Source of the DNA: an uncultured virus (IMG/VR IMGVR_UViG_3300020337_000002)
Lineage: Duplodnaviria > Heunggongvirae > Uroviricota > Caudoviricetes
DNA length: 64,000 nucleotides
Reading direction: 5' to 3' (one strand)
Virus record (IMG/VR): IMGVR_UViG_3300020337_000002
Below, piece after piece: positions 38,023 through 47,549 of the stretch (the stretch's first letter is position 1; the number at the start of each line of letters is the position of its first letter). A program made the translations under genes and the position numbers. The notes under the pieces were generated by a model. It was not told where the DNA came from, searched no databases, and saw only the letters and a program-made list of their open reading frames with translations.

Positions 38023-38445
38023 ATGCAATGGACATATCAGGGTAAAAAAGTAGACGAGCTACCAGAAGACTGCGAAGCATTTGTTTACTTAATCACAAAT
38101 ACAACCAACAATCGTAAATACGTCGGCAAAAAACTAGCTAAATTCAAAAAGACTAGGCCACCTCTGAAGGGTAGGATAAACAAACGTAGAAGCAAAGTAG
38201 AATCAGACTGGAGAGACTATTGGGGCTCCTCAGATCAACTACAAGAAGACGTGAACCAGATAGGCGAAGACAAATTTACAAGAGAGATATTATACTATTG
38301 TCCAAGTAGAGGCGTAGCAAGTTATTTAGAGGCAAGAGAACAGTTCGAAAGAAGAGTCCTAGAGAAGGACGAGTATTACAATGGTATCATCAACGTCAGA
38401 GTAGGCGGATCCAAAATATTACGTGAAGCATTAAAAGGCAAATAA
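38023..38445 (+). CDS. small GIY-YIG superfamily (Seg-like) endonuclease
   Basis: AFVYLITN..N.RKYVGKK, YWGSS, YLEAREQ and YYN motifs; catalytic domain only. A TAAGTA box at 38012-38017 lies just upstream. Confidence 0.75.
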   Translation: MQWTYQGKKVDELPEDCEAFVYLITNTTNNRKYVGKKLAKFKKTRPPLKGRINKRRSKVESDWRDYWGSSDQLQEDVNQIGEDKFTREILYYCPSRGVASYLEAREQFERRVLEKDEYYNGIINVRVGGSKILREALKGK

Positions 38446-38461
38446 CATAACAACATTGTTT

Positions 38462-38815
38462 GGTCGGGGTAGCTCGACCCGTATTGAGGTCACGAAGTAT
38501 GACCGGAACTTACGAGTTGTAAGGGTAAGCTAACTAAAGGCTTAAAAGATGTGGCTCTGTGAAACAGATACAACCACAGCATTAATATATTTTGCTTAAC
38601 AAGGGTATATTGGTGTTCCGAAACTATGCGAAGGCTAGGGTAGGGAGTTGGCGGGTTTCCGCTTCCGTACATATTATAATGTAATCCTTTTTGTTAAGAT
38701 GGTAATTCTCATCTCACATGATGTAACCAATCTTTGCCCGGAGACGGGCGAAGTATGGCTCAACTATCTACATGATGCAAAGTGCTAACGCACTAATTGT
38801 TATCACATACAATAA
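38462..38815 (+). ncRNA. candidate large structured ncRNA, family unassigned
   Basis: About ten consecutive stems with G-U pairs on the + strand, a GAGA tetraloop and a loop-to-downstream pairing CTTAACAA/TTGTTAAG; no convincing ORF. Confidence 0.6.
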
Positions 38816-38841
38816 AATTGTTTGAGTGTTAACGAAAACAA

Positions 38842-38861
38842 AGTTGAGCTTTAGCTCAACT
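38842..38861. terminator. inverted repeat between convergent units
   Basis: AGTTGAGCT-TT-AGCTCAACT perfect inverted repeat next to the stop of 38863..39057; T-rich run follows on the minus strand. Confidence 0.55.
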
Positions 38862-38862
38862 A

Positions 38863-39057
38863 CTAATGCAGTTCCGGATCGCGTCCGTAACGAAATGCAT
38901 CACTATCGTATACAGCAACTTCTTCCACTTTATATTCTTTTTGTGGATTAGCGTCCTTTAACTGTTGTACTGTGAGATCAGCTTCAAGCTCGTCACTGCA
39001 TTGAGTTAAGGGTTCAGAGTTGCCTATCTCAAAAACATTATATCTCGTCTGAGGCAT
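38863..39057 (-). CDS. small acidic hypothetical protein
   Basis: 64 aa with a minus-strand TAAATA box at 39063-39068. Confidence 0.65.
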   Translation of the reverse strand: MPQTRYNVFEIGNSEPLTQCSDELEADLTVQQLKDANPQKEYKVEEVAVYDSDAFRYGRDPELH

Positions 39058-39091
39058 AAGAGTATTTACGGGGTATGTTCGATGAATTATG

Positions 39092-39099
39092 TATAAATA
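39092..39099 (+). promoter_or_regulatory. T4 late promoter consensus TATAAATA
   Basis: Exact consensus followed by AGGAG RBS and ATG 39122. Confidence 0.8.
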
Positions 39100-39121
39100 T
39101 AAAGTAACAGGAGACTAAACC

Positions 39122-39685
39122 ATGAAAATAACACAAATAACAAGCGAAAATATAGTTAGCGAAGCTCCTGGTGGTTCTGCGTTAGGCAATATAGCACGTA
39201 AGGTAGGCGCAAAAGTGGCTGGCGCCGTTGGCGCAAAGGCTACCGCCGCAGGAATGACGGGAAAAGCTGATGCTAACGACAGATCAAAAGAAATGTTTAC
39301 ACAGTATAGAGCATTTATGGGTCAAACAGGTGGTAATCCAAAAGCACCAACAGTTGACCAAGTACAAGACTTTATGCAAAAGCAAGGACTTTCAACTACA
39401 CATCTTAAAGGGTTATCAGGACAGATGACACCTAAGCAGGTTGACGATGTTTTACAAAAAACTGCACAGGATACTTTTAAAGGCGACCTAGGAAAACAAC
39501 AAGCAGGGTCGGCACCAGCAACACTAGGACAAAAATATAGTGGAGGCGGTGATGCACCAGCAGGTGGTACTGATCAAGCAGGCGCTCCAGCTAAAGCTGG
39601 CGGTAAAGCTGTGCCAGGTGACATACAAAAAGCAGTTGATAGTTTAAGTCCAGCACAGAAAAAAGAATTAGCACAGTTGTTATAA
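39122..39685 (+). CDS. putative internal head protein
   Basis: Late promoter; N-terminal MKITQITSENIVSE resembles a prohead-protease-cleaved leader; Ala/Gly/Gln-rich. Confidence 0.45.
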   Translation: MKITQITSENIVSEAPGGSALGNIARKVGAKVAGAVGAKATAAGMTGKADANDRSKEMFTQYRAFMGQTGGNPKAPTVDQVQDFMQKQGLSTTHLKGLSGQMTPKQVDDVLQKTAQDTFKGDLGKQQAGSAPATLGQKYSGGGDAPAGGTDQAGAPAKAGGKAVPGDIQKAVDSLSPAQKKELAQLL

Positions 39686-39695
39686 GGATAGAGTA

Positions 39696-42002
39696 ATGAA
39701 GTTAGGCGAAGTTACAAACTATAATTTAAAATCACAAACAATACTAGCAGAAGGCTGGCAGGATCTTAACGAAGCACAACGTATATACGTTGGCAAATGG
39801 GAAAGAGAAGTTTGGCCATTAGTAGAAGGCATTAACAAACTTTTTGAAGCTGAACTTACTGCTAAACAGATTGATGGCATCTTTGGTAATGCAGAACAAG
39901 TTGCTATGGATAGTGGTGATAATAAAACTGCACTTGGTAAAGCGGGTGGAGTTGTAGGTGACCAAGCTAAAAAATTACAAACACAAATTGACCAATTACT
40001 TAAGGCCGCACAAGATAGCGGACCTGTTAAAAACTTTGACGCACAATTTGAAAAACTTAAAGCACAATTAAAAACAAAACTTGAAGGCAATCCAATGGGT
40101 CAAAAGATCCTTAAGACTGTCGAAGGTTACGGAGACTTTGCAAAAGGAAATCCAGCCAAGGCGGCTTTTGTTATTGGAGCAATGACTTCAGTACTTGCAT
40201 TTGCAAGTGGTGGTATTGTTTCAGGTGCGGCAATTGGTTTCTTTTTAAAATTAGCTAACAATACATTAAAAGGCGATAAACTTTCAACAGCAGTTGCTAA
40301 AGGTGTTAAAGGCGCGGCAATTGGTGCACTTGCAGGTGCATTAGGCGATGCGATGGGAGATGCTGAAGCATCTGAACTGATACCTGGAGTTGATGCAGAT
40401 GAAGCCGCTGAGGTTAGTTCAACAATGGACGGTGATGAAGTTGAAGCCGCGGTTGGTGCCGATGCTGATGCTGATGGCGGAGGTGAAACTCCTGAACTTC
40501 CTGATGTTGACGAATTCAAAGAAAATTATATTAGAGGAATGATTGAGAAAGGTAGATTTGCCAATCAAGAGTTTACTGACGGCATGGTCCAAAAGATGGC
40601 CAACGAAGTTAATATAGTAGGAACATATCCAGATGATATCCAAGGCGTAGACTTTAAAGGTACTATTGTTAAAGGAAACATTTATCTTACTCCGGAAGAA
40701 CAAGCAGACTTTAGTGCTTACTTAAAATCACAGCCTGGAAGTGATATGGCTAAGATAATGAGTAAAGAAACTGATGAGTGGTTAAGTGCGAATGTTAGTG
40801 AAGCAGATAACACATTTCAAGTAAGAGATGATGCATTTGCGGCCAAGCAGGCGGCCATTGAAGCAGATAAAGTATTAGATGCGGCTGAAGTTGAAGGAAT
40901 GGCTGAAACAGATATCCAAGCCAGAATGAACGAGATCCAGAAATCAACTAATCCAGTTACTGGAGGAAAAATTGATGTTGAGAATGGTAAAGATGCACTA
41001 GCAAGAGAGTATAGACAACTTCAAAATGAACTTAATCGTAGAGAAGAATTAAACTTTTCAGGTGCAACAACAGATCCAACAGGACTTATACAAGAGTATA
41101 CAGATTACCTAGACGACACAATGGTTGAAGGGCCAGTTCTTGACAAAATGAAAGCACTTGCTAAATCAGGTGCAGTAGCAGTTGGCAAGGGCATGGATAA
41201 AGCAGGTGAAAAAGTTGCAGGTGGAATTAGCAAAGCCGGAGCCGCAGTTAAAGGTGCAGGTAAACAACTTGGAAATAAAATTACAAAAGAAAAATTAATG
41301 AAGTCTTGGACTAAGATGGGCAAACCAACTGACCTAGGATCAATAACAAACATATTAAGCGATGCAGGGTTATCAGATGAGTCAATAGGTACAGTTGCAA
41401 CTAACACAAAGGTTCCTTTAAAACCTACAGCAAAACCAGACGCAGGTGAAGAAGATCCTAAAGCACCAACACCGGGAGGAGCAACAGCTAAACCAGGAGC
41501 AGAACCAACTGACACTGATGCAGTTGCTAAAGGAGTTGATGCAAACAAAGATGGTAAAGATGACAAGACAGGTAAAGTAATTCAGATGCCCGGCACGACA
41601 CCAGCTGACGGAGTTGACGCTCCTAAGAGTGGAATAGCAAAAGGTGCCGCAGGTGCAAGTGCACCAGCAGGTGATAAGAGTATTAAAGTTACAGGAATGC
41701 CTGGACAAGGTTCAGGAGGTTCAACAACTTCAACAACTGGAACTAAACCAGGTGCAACAGCAAAACCTAAAGCAGGTGCAACAGCAGGTGCAGGTGCAAA
41801 AGTTGATATTCCGGCACTAGCTAAACAAATAAGTGATGCAGGAATAGGTGCTGAGATAAAAGGTCAGCTTACAGGACAGGGTGGCGGAAGTGATCTTGGA
41901 TCAGGAATGCAAATTGATATACCTACACTAGCACAAAAGATTAGTGATGCTGGTATGCAACAACAAATTAAACAACAACTTTCACAAAAACAAACAGCCT
42001 AA
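39696..42002 (+). CDS. putative internal/ejection protein with hydrophobic Gly-zipper segments
   Basis: MKLGEV...DLNE leader, hydrophobic AAFVIGAMTSVLAFASGGIVSGAAIGFFL, acidic middle and duplicated C-terminal motif. Confidence 0.45.
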   Translation: MKLGEVTNYNLKSQTILAEGWQDLNEAQRIYVGKWEREVWPLVEGINKLFEAELTAKQIDGIFGNAEQVAMDSGDNKTALGKAGGVVGDQAKKLQTQIDQLLKAAQDSGPVKNFDAQFEKLKAQLKTKLEGNPMGQKILKTVEGYGDFAKGNPAKAAFVIGAMTSVLAFASGGIVSGAAIGFFLKLANNTLKGDKLSTAVAKGVKGAAIGALAGALGDAMGDAEASELIPGVDADEAAEVSSTMDGDEVEAAVGADADADGGGETPELPDVDEFKENYIRGMIEKGRFANQEFTDGMVQKMANEVNIVGTYPDDIQGVDFKGTIVKGNIYLTPEEQADFSAYLKSQPGSDMAKIMSKETDEWLSANVSEADNTFQVRDDAFAAKQAAIEADKVLDAAEVEGMAETDIQARMNEIQKSTNPVTGGKIDVENGKDALAREYRQLQNELNRREELNFSGATTDPTGLIQEYTDYLDDTMVEGPVLDKMKALAKSGAVAVGKGMDKAGEKVAGGISKAGAAVKGAGKQLGNKITKEKLMKSWTKMGKPTDLGSITNILSDAGLSDESIGTVATNTKVPLKPTAKPDAGEEDPKAPTPGGATAKPGAEPTDTDAVAKGVDANKDGKDDKTGKVIQMPGTTPADGVDAPKSGIAKGAAGASAPAGDKSIKVTGMPGQGSGGSTTSTTGTKPGATAKPKAGATAGAGAKVDIPALAKQISDAGIGAEIKGQLTGQGGGSDLGSGMQIDIPTLAQKISDAGMQQQIKQQLSQKQTA

Positions 42003-42238
42003 AAGAAAGGCATACTTGTCTTTTTAGCAGTTTCAAGATTTTCTTTAACGAGTGTAGCAAAAATTTCTCTATCCTCAGGACCACAGGCATATATTTCGTC
42101 AAGGGTTACACCTCCACGCATATACCAGCACAATCTAGCTAGTTCTAGTTTGAAATTTTTTGTCTCGTTATCAAGGTCATCAACTAATTTTAGGATCTCT
42201 TCGAGAGACTTACTTAAGATCCTTATCCGAAAAAATTT
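41999..42238 (-). CDS. -1 frame extension of the tail-assembly chaperone (gp51/GT-like; absent from ORF track)
   Basis: Open frame KFFRIRILSKSLEEILKLVDDLDNETKNFKLELARLCWYMRGG...KKTSMPFF fills the gap exactly, has no 5' start with RBS and begins at a slippery site. Confidence 0.7.
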   Translation of the reverse strand, partial: KFFRIRILSKSLEEILKLVDDLDNETKNFKLELARLCWYMRGGVTLDEIYACGPEDREIFATLVKENLETAKKTSMPFF

Positions 42239-43086
42239 GACTGATCAAACGTAATAGGAACATCAAAACTCTCAGGTGCTCCTGCTTCTCGTTCTTCAGC
42301 AGTCGTTTCAACCTTAAAAGGCTCCACGTCGTATTTTTTCTTTTGAGCTTCCATGTGTTCAGTGATTCCTGCATAGAAGTCTTTATCACCTTTGGTAATA
42401 AATTCCATTATGTGATTTTGATCTACAACAACTTGGTCGTCTACTTGTATTTGTACAATACCATGTACAACCATATCAATAGTTACCTGTGTTAGTTTGT
42501 TAAATGAATCAGAGAATCTATCAAGTTTTTCACCATCACTTAATTTTGAGTTACTTACTGTTTCAGCAATTCTTTGTTCTTCAAAGGTTTTAATTGCTGT
42601 TCTAGTAAACTCTCTATAAGTTTGTGGTTTCAATGTAATTTTCATTCCACCGATCTCAACTACGTTTTCGTATTCAATTCCTTGATATCTGTCTAATAAC
42701 AATCTTAAGTCTAGATCAAATTTACGCATTGTTGCCGCTGTGGGCACTCTTGTTTCAATTTCCATCTTCTCACCATATGTAGCAATTCTGATAGCAATTA
42801 AAATTGCGTCAACATCAATACTTGGCATCAACCAAGGGTCTTTGATGTTAGGTACACAACTTTTAACTACGTCTACAACAGACTGCCCATTTAATAGTGC
42901 ATCTGGAGTTTTGAAAGCAAGTTCGTCTTTGGCCGTCATAGCATACACAGGAAGTTCGCCATTTTCGGTCATTTCGATGGCTCCCTCTGGATACCAGTGA
43001 CCTTTACTCGGCAAAGACAAGTATATTTTAGGTTGCCTAAAATATTTCTGTAACGGGTTTGGTCCCGTTTGTTTTATATCTGGCAT
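42223..43086 (-). CDS. baseplate hub assembly/tail-assembly chaperone (gp26-like)
   Basis: LPSKG.WY, MTAKDE and DVDAILIAIRIATYGE motifs, ending NFFG; divergent from the tape measure gene. Confidence 0.7.
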   Translation of the reverse strand: MPDIKQTGPNPLQKYFRQPKIYLSLPSKGHWYPEGAIEMTENGELPVYAMTAKDELAFKTPDALLNGQSVVDVVKSCVPNIKDPWLMPSIDVDAILIAIRIATYGEKMEIETRVPTAATMRKFDLDLRLLLDRYQGIEYENVVEIGGMKITLKPQTYREFTRTAIKTFEEQRIAETVSNSKLSDGEKLDRFSDSFNKLTQVTIDMVVHGIVQIQVDDQVVVDQNHIMEFITKGDKDFYAGITEHMEAQKKKYDVEPFKVETTAEEREAGAPESFDVPITFDQSNFFG

Positions 43087-43098
43087 GATTTTCTCCGG

Positions 43099-43153
43099 CT
43101 AAATAATAAAGTATTCATATTGATATTTATGGTACGGAGTTAACTAGGTATAT
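43099..43153. promoter_or_regulatory. face-to-face late promoter boxes for the chaperone and tape measure genes
   Basis: Plus strand cTAAATA at 43099-43105; minus strand CATAAATA at 43124-43131 with degenerate element ATATACCTAGTT 10 nt upstream. Confidence 0.6.
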
Positions 43154-43158
43154 AATAT

Positions 43159-45780
43159 ATGGTTCAAGTCACTTATCAAGGCGGAGGAATGGATGGCGTT
43201 ACATCAAATGCCGCCTCAGAAGCCACACTACAGCTACTCGTAAAGTCCCTGGGTGGGGGCTCTGGTGGAGCAGGTGCCGGTGCGAGTGCTGAATACAGTA
43301 AAGCCCAAAAAGCCGGAACTGTTGGACAGAAAGCGGCCAATAAAGCACAAACAACCACAACCAAATCAACCACAGCATTAGGAAAAGCGGCCAATGTCGC
43401 AGGTAAAGGCCTTAAAATGGTTGGAAATGCGGCCAAGGGTGTCATGGGAATGGCCATTGGAGCAATTGGTAATGTAGCCAACACAGCGGCCAATCTAGGT
43501 AAAGAACTATTAGTAGGCGGAAACAGATTAACAGATTTTTCAAAACACATATCAGGACTAGCACAGACAATACCATTAGTTGGAGGTTTACTAGGTGGTG
43601 CTATAGAAACCATGACCGGAATGATACAAGGTCAGGTAGATGTATTCCGACAACTCTCTAGTACTGGTATTGACTTTGGTGGATCTATGTTTGAAACCAT
43701 GAAAATAGCAACTGAAACAAATTTATCATTAGAACAATTTTCAACTGCAATAGCACAGGGTAGTCAAAACCTATCAATGATGTTTGGTGGAGCAACAGCT
43801 GGTGCCAGAGCATTTGCAGGCATACAAAAAGAACTTAAAGGATCAATCGGAGAGTTAAACAGACTAGGTATTACCATGGATGAGGTTGGCGAATTTACCA
43901 ACGACTATCTAGAAATCCAAAGAATATCTGGACGTTACAAACAAATGGATGATAGAGCACTAGCGGCAGGAACAAAAGATTATATTATGCAACTTGATCA
44001 ACTTGCTAAAGTTACAGGTATGTCAAGAAAAGAAGCGGCCGCGGCTTTAAGAGAACAAGCTAATGATAAGAGACTACAGGCATTGTTTGCAACAATGTCA
44101 GACGAAACTAGAAAAGTAGTTGACAATTCATTGGCAATGATGGGCAACGTTGGTCCAGAGTTTAAAGAAGGTATTACAGAATTAATTGCAACAGGTGGTG
44201 CTCCGTTAAGTGAATACTCAAAAGGTTTAGTAGCAACTATGCCAGAGATAGGTGAAGCGGCTCGTAAGTTGAAAGAAGGTGGAATAACCAACGAAGAATT
44301 TGTTGCTACTGTTAAAAGAGCTCAAGCAAAACAACAAGAATTTGTAAAAGCCAACGGGGCAATGATATCAACTGTTACAGCTCAAGGTAACAACATTTAT
44401 GCTAGTACACTTGACTTGGTCAAGGCAGGTGAGATAGCTGGAGATCTGCCAGAAGCTGTAAAACAACAACGAGATGCGGCCAAGACGGCAGGTAGAGGAT
44501 TAACAGAGTTTGAAGGTAAGATTCAAAACATTAGAAACAAAATTACAAACGCATTAATAGATAGCGGAATATTTGATAAGTTAACTATAGTATTTGAAGG
44601 TGTTGCTGACACATTTACAAAACTGTTTGCACCAGGTGCCCCAGGAATGGTAGCATTTGATGGTGCCATGAAATGGATTTCTGATACTATTACAAAATTT
44701 ACAGATGGTATGAAGAATATGTCGTTTGGAGCAATGATTAAAGAATACATTTGGGAACCACTTAAAAAGGCAATTGGTGGTATGTTGTTTGGTACAGCAG
44801 GAACACCAGACAAAAAAGACCAAAGAGGAAGAACAACAGAAAAAGGCACAGAAGGTTCAAGTGGATTATTAAGTCCTATAGTTGACGGATTAAAAAGTGT
44901 AGGAAAATACTTACTCATAGGCGGAGTTGCCATGGGAGTATTATTCTTAGGACTAGGATTAGCAATAGGTAAACTAGCAATACCACTAGGACTTGCGGCA
45001 CCAGGATTCTTAGCACTTGGTGTAGCAATGGCTGGTATTGGAGCCGCTGGTGCTGGTATATCCATGTTGATAGACAGTATATTCAACTCTGTTGGTAACC
45101 TTGCTGATGGTGTTAAAAAGTTTGAAGACATGGACGGAGCCAAACTTGCACTTGTTGGAGGTGGATTAAAAGAAATTACAGGACCAATCGCGGCCCTTGC
45201 CGCAGGTGGTATAGTTGCAAACTTTGTAGGTAAAGATGCACTTGGTTCTTTAGCAAGAGGCGTTAAGGCGTTTGAAGATCTTGATCCTGCTAACTTACAC
45301 GCAGTTGGACCTGCATTAACAAGTTTACACAAAGGTATGAGTGCATTTACAGGAGATGGTGTACTAGATAGTATTGGTAAAGCATTAGGAAGTTTATTTG
45401 GAGGAAGTTCGGGCGGAATAGCAGACTTGGCAGAAGACGTAAAACTATTTGCTGATGTAGATGCCGCAGGACTACAAGCAATTGGTGATGGATTACAAGG
45501 TATTGCTAACTTCTTAGAAGCAATGGATGGAGCCAATTTAAAAAGTGTATCAAAATCTCTTACAGAACTAACAAAACAATTAGGTGATTACCAAACTCAA
45601 TATAGTAAAATGGATGCAGATGCTAAAGCAAACCTTGTTAGCAACTTCACAAGTTTTGGTGAAGGCCAGAAGGGTGCCGCAGATAAGTTAGATCAGTTAA
45701 ATAGTAGTGTACAGATGATGCTCGTTGAACTAAGAAAACAATCAAGAAGCGGTCAAACAGTAGCAGACAACCTCGTATAA
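43159..45780 (+). CDS. tape measure protein
   Basis: 873 aa, Ala/Gly-rich helical sequence, LAKVTGMSRKE motif, hydrophobic segments, next to a frameshifting chaperone. Confidence 0.75.
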   Translation: MVQVTYQGGGMDGVTSNAASEATLQLLVKSLGGGSGGAGAGASAEYSKAQKAGTVGQKAANKAQTTTTKSTTALGKAANVAGKGLKMVGNAAKGVMGMAIGAIGNVANTAANLGKELLVGGNRLTDFSKHISGLAQTIPLVGGLLGGAIETMTGMIQGQVDVFRQLSSTGIDFGGSMFETMKIATETNLSLEQFSTAIAQGSQNLSMMFGGATAGARAFAGIQKELKGSIGELNRLGITMDEVGEFTNDYLEIQRISGRYKQMDDRALAAGTKDYIMQLDQLAKVTGMSRKEAAAALREQANDKRLQALFATMSDETRKVVDNSLAMMGNVGPEFKEGITELIATGGAPLSEYSKGLVATMPEIGEAARKLKEGGITNEEFVATVKRAQAKQQEFVKANGAMISTVTAQGNNIYASTLDLVKAGEIAGDLPEAVKQQRDAAKTAGRGLTEFEGKIQNIRNKITNALIDSGIFDKLTIVFEGVADTFTKLFAPGAPGMVAFDGAMKWISDTITKFTDGMKNMSFGAMIKEYIWEPLKKAIGGMLFGTAGTPDKKDQRGRTTEKGTEGSSGLLSPIVDGLKSVGKYLLIGGVAMGVLFLGLGLAIGKLAIPLGLAAPGFLALGVAMAGIGAAGAGISMLIDSIFNSVGNLADGVKKFEDMDGAKLALVGGGLKEITGPIAALAAGGIVANFVGKDALGSLARGVKAFEDLDPANLHAVGPALTSLHKGMSAFTGDGVLDSIGKALGSLFGGSSGGIADLAEDVKLFADVDAAGLQAIGDGLQGIANFLEAMDGANLKSVSKSLTELTKQLGDYQTQYSKMDADAKANLVSNFTSFGEGQKGAADKLDQLNSSVQMMLVELRKQSRSGQTVADNLV

Positions 45781-45789
45781 GGATAATAA

Positions 45790-47541
45790 ATGAGTTGGAA
45801 AAGATATTTTAACCCCGTAGATACAGAACAAGGCGGTTCTGGAAGTTACTCACCTTTGGGTGGTCCGGGTAATAATGGAATGGGTCCTGCTCAAGCTAAT
45901 TATTCTTCTTATCTACCAGATGTGTATGTAGGTAGTCCAAATCGTGTTGAACGTTATGGACAATACAACACAATGGATTTAGATTCAGAAGTAAATGCCG
46001 CACTAGATATTCTTGCAGAATTTACAAGTCAAAAAAATAAAAACAATCAATCACCTTTTATTATTGATTACAAGCAAGATGCAACAAACACAGAAGTACA
46101 AACTTTAAAACTATACTTACAACAATGGTGTAAGATACAGAATTTTGAAACTAAGATGTTTCGTATATTACGTAACATTTTTAAATATGGTGATGCCTTT
46201 TTCATTAGAGATCCTGAAACTAAACGTTGGTTCCATGTTGATCCAGCAAACGTTTCACGTATCATTGTAAATGAATCACAAGGTAAAACACCAGAACAAT
46301 ACATTGTTAAAAATGTAAATTTAAACTTTAAAGATGCAGTAGCAACTACACCACATCAAACTAACGGAAACGTTACAGGTGGCGGTGACGGATACTTAAC
46401 AGGTTCAGTTCGTGGACAAGTAGGTGCACCTAATCAATCAATGAGCGGTGGGCGTTTTCAAAAAGACGCAATGGAAATTGCCGTTGATGCAGAGAACATG
46501 GTACATTTAAGTTTAAGTGAAGGACTTGATGGAAACTTTCCATTTGGTAATTCATTGCTTGAAAGTATTTTTAAAGTTTACAAACAAAAAGAATTACTTG
46601 AAGATGCAATTATAATATACAGAGTACAAAGAGCGCCTGAACGTAGAGTGTTTTATGTAGATGTAGGTAATATGCCATCGCACTTGGCTATGCAATTTGT
46701 TGAACGTGTAAAAACAGACATTCACCAAAGACGTATTCCTAGTGCAACAGGTGGCGGACAAAACGTTATTGATAGTGCATACAATCCATTATCAATCAAC
46801 GAAGACTACTTCTTTCCACAGACTGCTGAAGGGCGTGGCTCTAAAGTTGAAACATTACCAGGTGGTACTAACTTAGGTGAGATTGATGATCTTAAATACT
46901 TTACTAACAAACTTGTTAGAGGATTACGTATTCCAAGTTCATACTTACCAACAGGACCAGACGATGGAGCAACACAGTTTCAAGATGGTAGAGTAGGTAC
47001 TGCATACATTCAAGAACTAAGATTTAATACATATTGTGAAAGATTACAAAACCTAGTTATAGAACAGTTTAGCCAAGAGTTTAAACGTTACTTGCTAGAA
47101 AAAGGTATCAACATTGATACTGCTATGTTTGATTTAAGATTCCAACCACCACAAAACTTTGCAAGTTACAGACAAAGTGAAATTGATAATGCAAGAGTAC
47201 CAACTTATACACAAATGAGTGCTATACCTTACATTAGTAATAGATTTGCACTTAAACGTTTCTTAGGAATGACAGAAGAGGAACTTGCAGAAAACGAAAG
47301 ACTATGGCGTGAAGAGAATGATGAAAATATTACTCCAGTGCCAACAGATTCAGCAGGTGAGTTAAGAGGAGCAGGAATTTCAAGTGCAGGTATGTCAGCA
47401 GACATGGCCGGTGACGGAGCAGGAGAAGATGTTGCGGCAGGAGATGAGCCTGCACCAGTAGACGGAGGAACAGCACCTCCAGTAGATACAACAACGGGCG
47501 GAGGAGCACCTGGCGGCGGAACACCACCACCTCCAGCATAA
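45790..47541 (+). CDS. gp20: portal protein, T4 gp20-like
   Basis: LLEDAIIIYRVQRAPERRVFYVDVGNMP and EDYFFP..GRGSKVETLPGG motifs. Confidence 0.95.
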   Translation: MSWKRYFNPVDTEQGGSGSYSPLGGPGNNGMGPAQANYSSYLPDVYVGSPNRVERYGQYNTMDLDSEVNAALDILAEFTSQKNKNNQSPFIIDYKQDATNTEVQTLKLYLQQWCKIQNFETKMFRILRNIFKYGDAFFIRDPETKRWFHVDPANVSRIIVNESQGKTPEQYIVKNVNLNFKDAVATTPHQTNGNVTGGGDGYLTGSVRGQVGAPNQSMSGGRFQKDAMEIAVDAENMVHLSLSEGLDGNFPFGNSLLESIFKVYKQKELLEDAIIIYRVQRAPERRVFYVDVGNMPSHLAMQFVERVKTDIHQRRIPSATGGGQNVIDSAYNPLSINEDYFFPQTAEGRGSKVETLPGGTNLGEIDDLKYFTNKLVRGLRIPSSYLPTGPDDGATQFQDGRVGTAYIQELRFNTYCERLQNLVIEQFSQEFKRYLLEKGINIDTAMFDLRFQPPQNFASYRQSEIDNARVPTYTQMSAIPYISNRFALKRFLGMTEEELAENERLWREENDENITPVPTDSAGELRGAGISSAGMSADMAGDGAGEDVAAGDEPAPVDGGTAPPVDTTTGGGAPGGGTPPPPA

Positions 47542-47544
47542 ATA
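47537..47544 (+). promoter_or_regulatory. late promoter box (CATAAATA)
   Basis: Overlaps the portal stop codon, 5 nt before ATG 47550. Confidence 0.55.
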
Positions 47545-47549
47545 CTAGC

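Noticed and set aside
38490..38672. 60-aa minus-strand ORF in the structured region
   Set aside because: No RBS or motif; the sequence is better explained by + strand base-pairing.
38446..38860. Group I or group II intron associated with the GIY-YIG gene
   Set aside because: No interrupted host gene, and no recognisable P7 core or domain V by eye; a covariance search is needed to exclude it fully.
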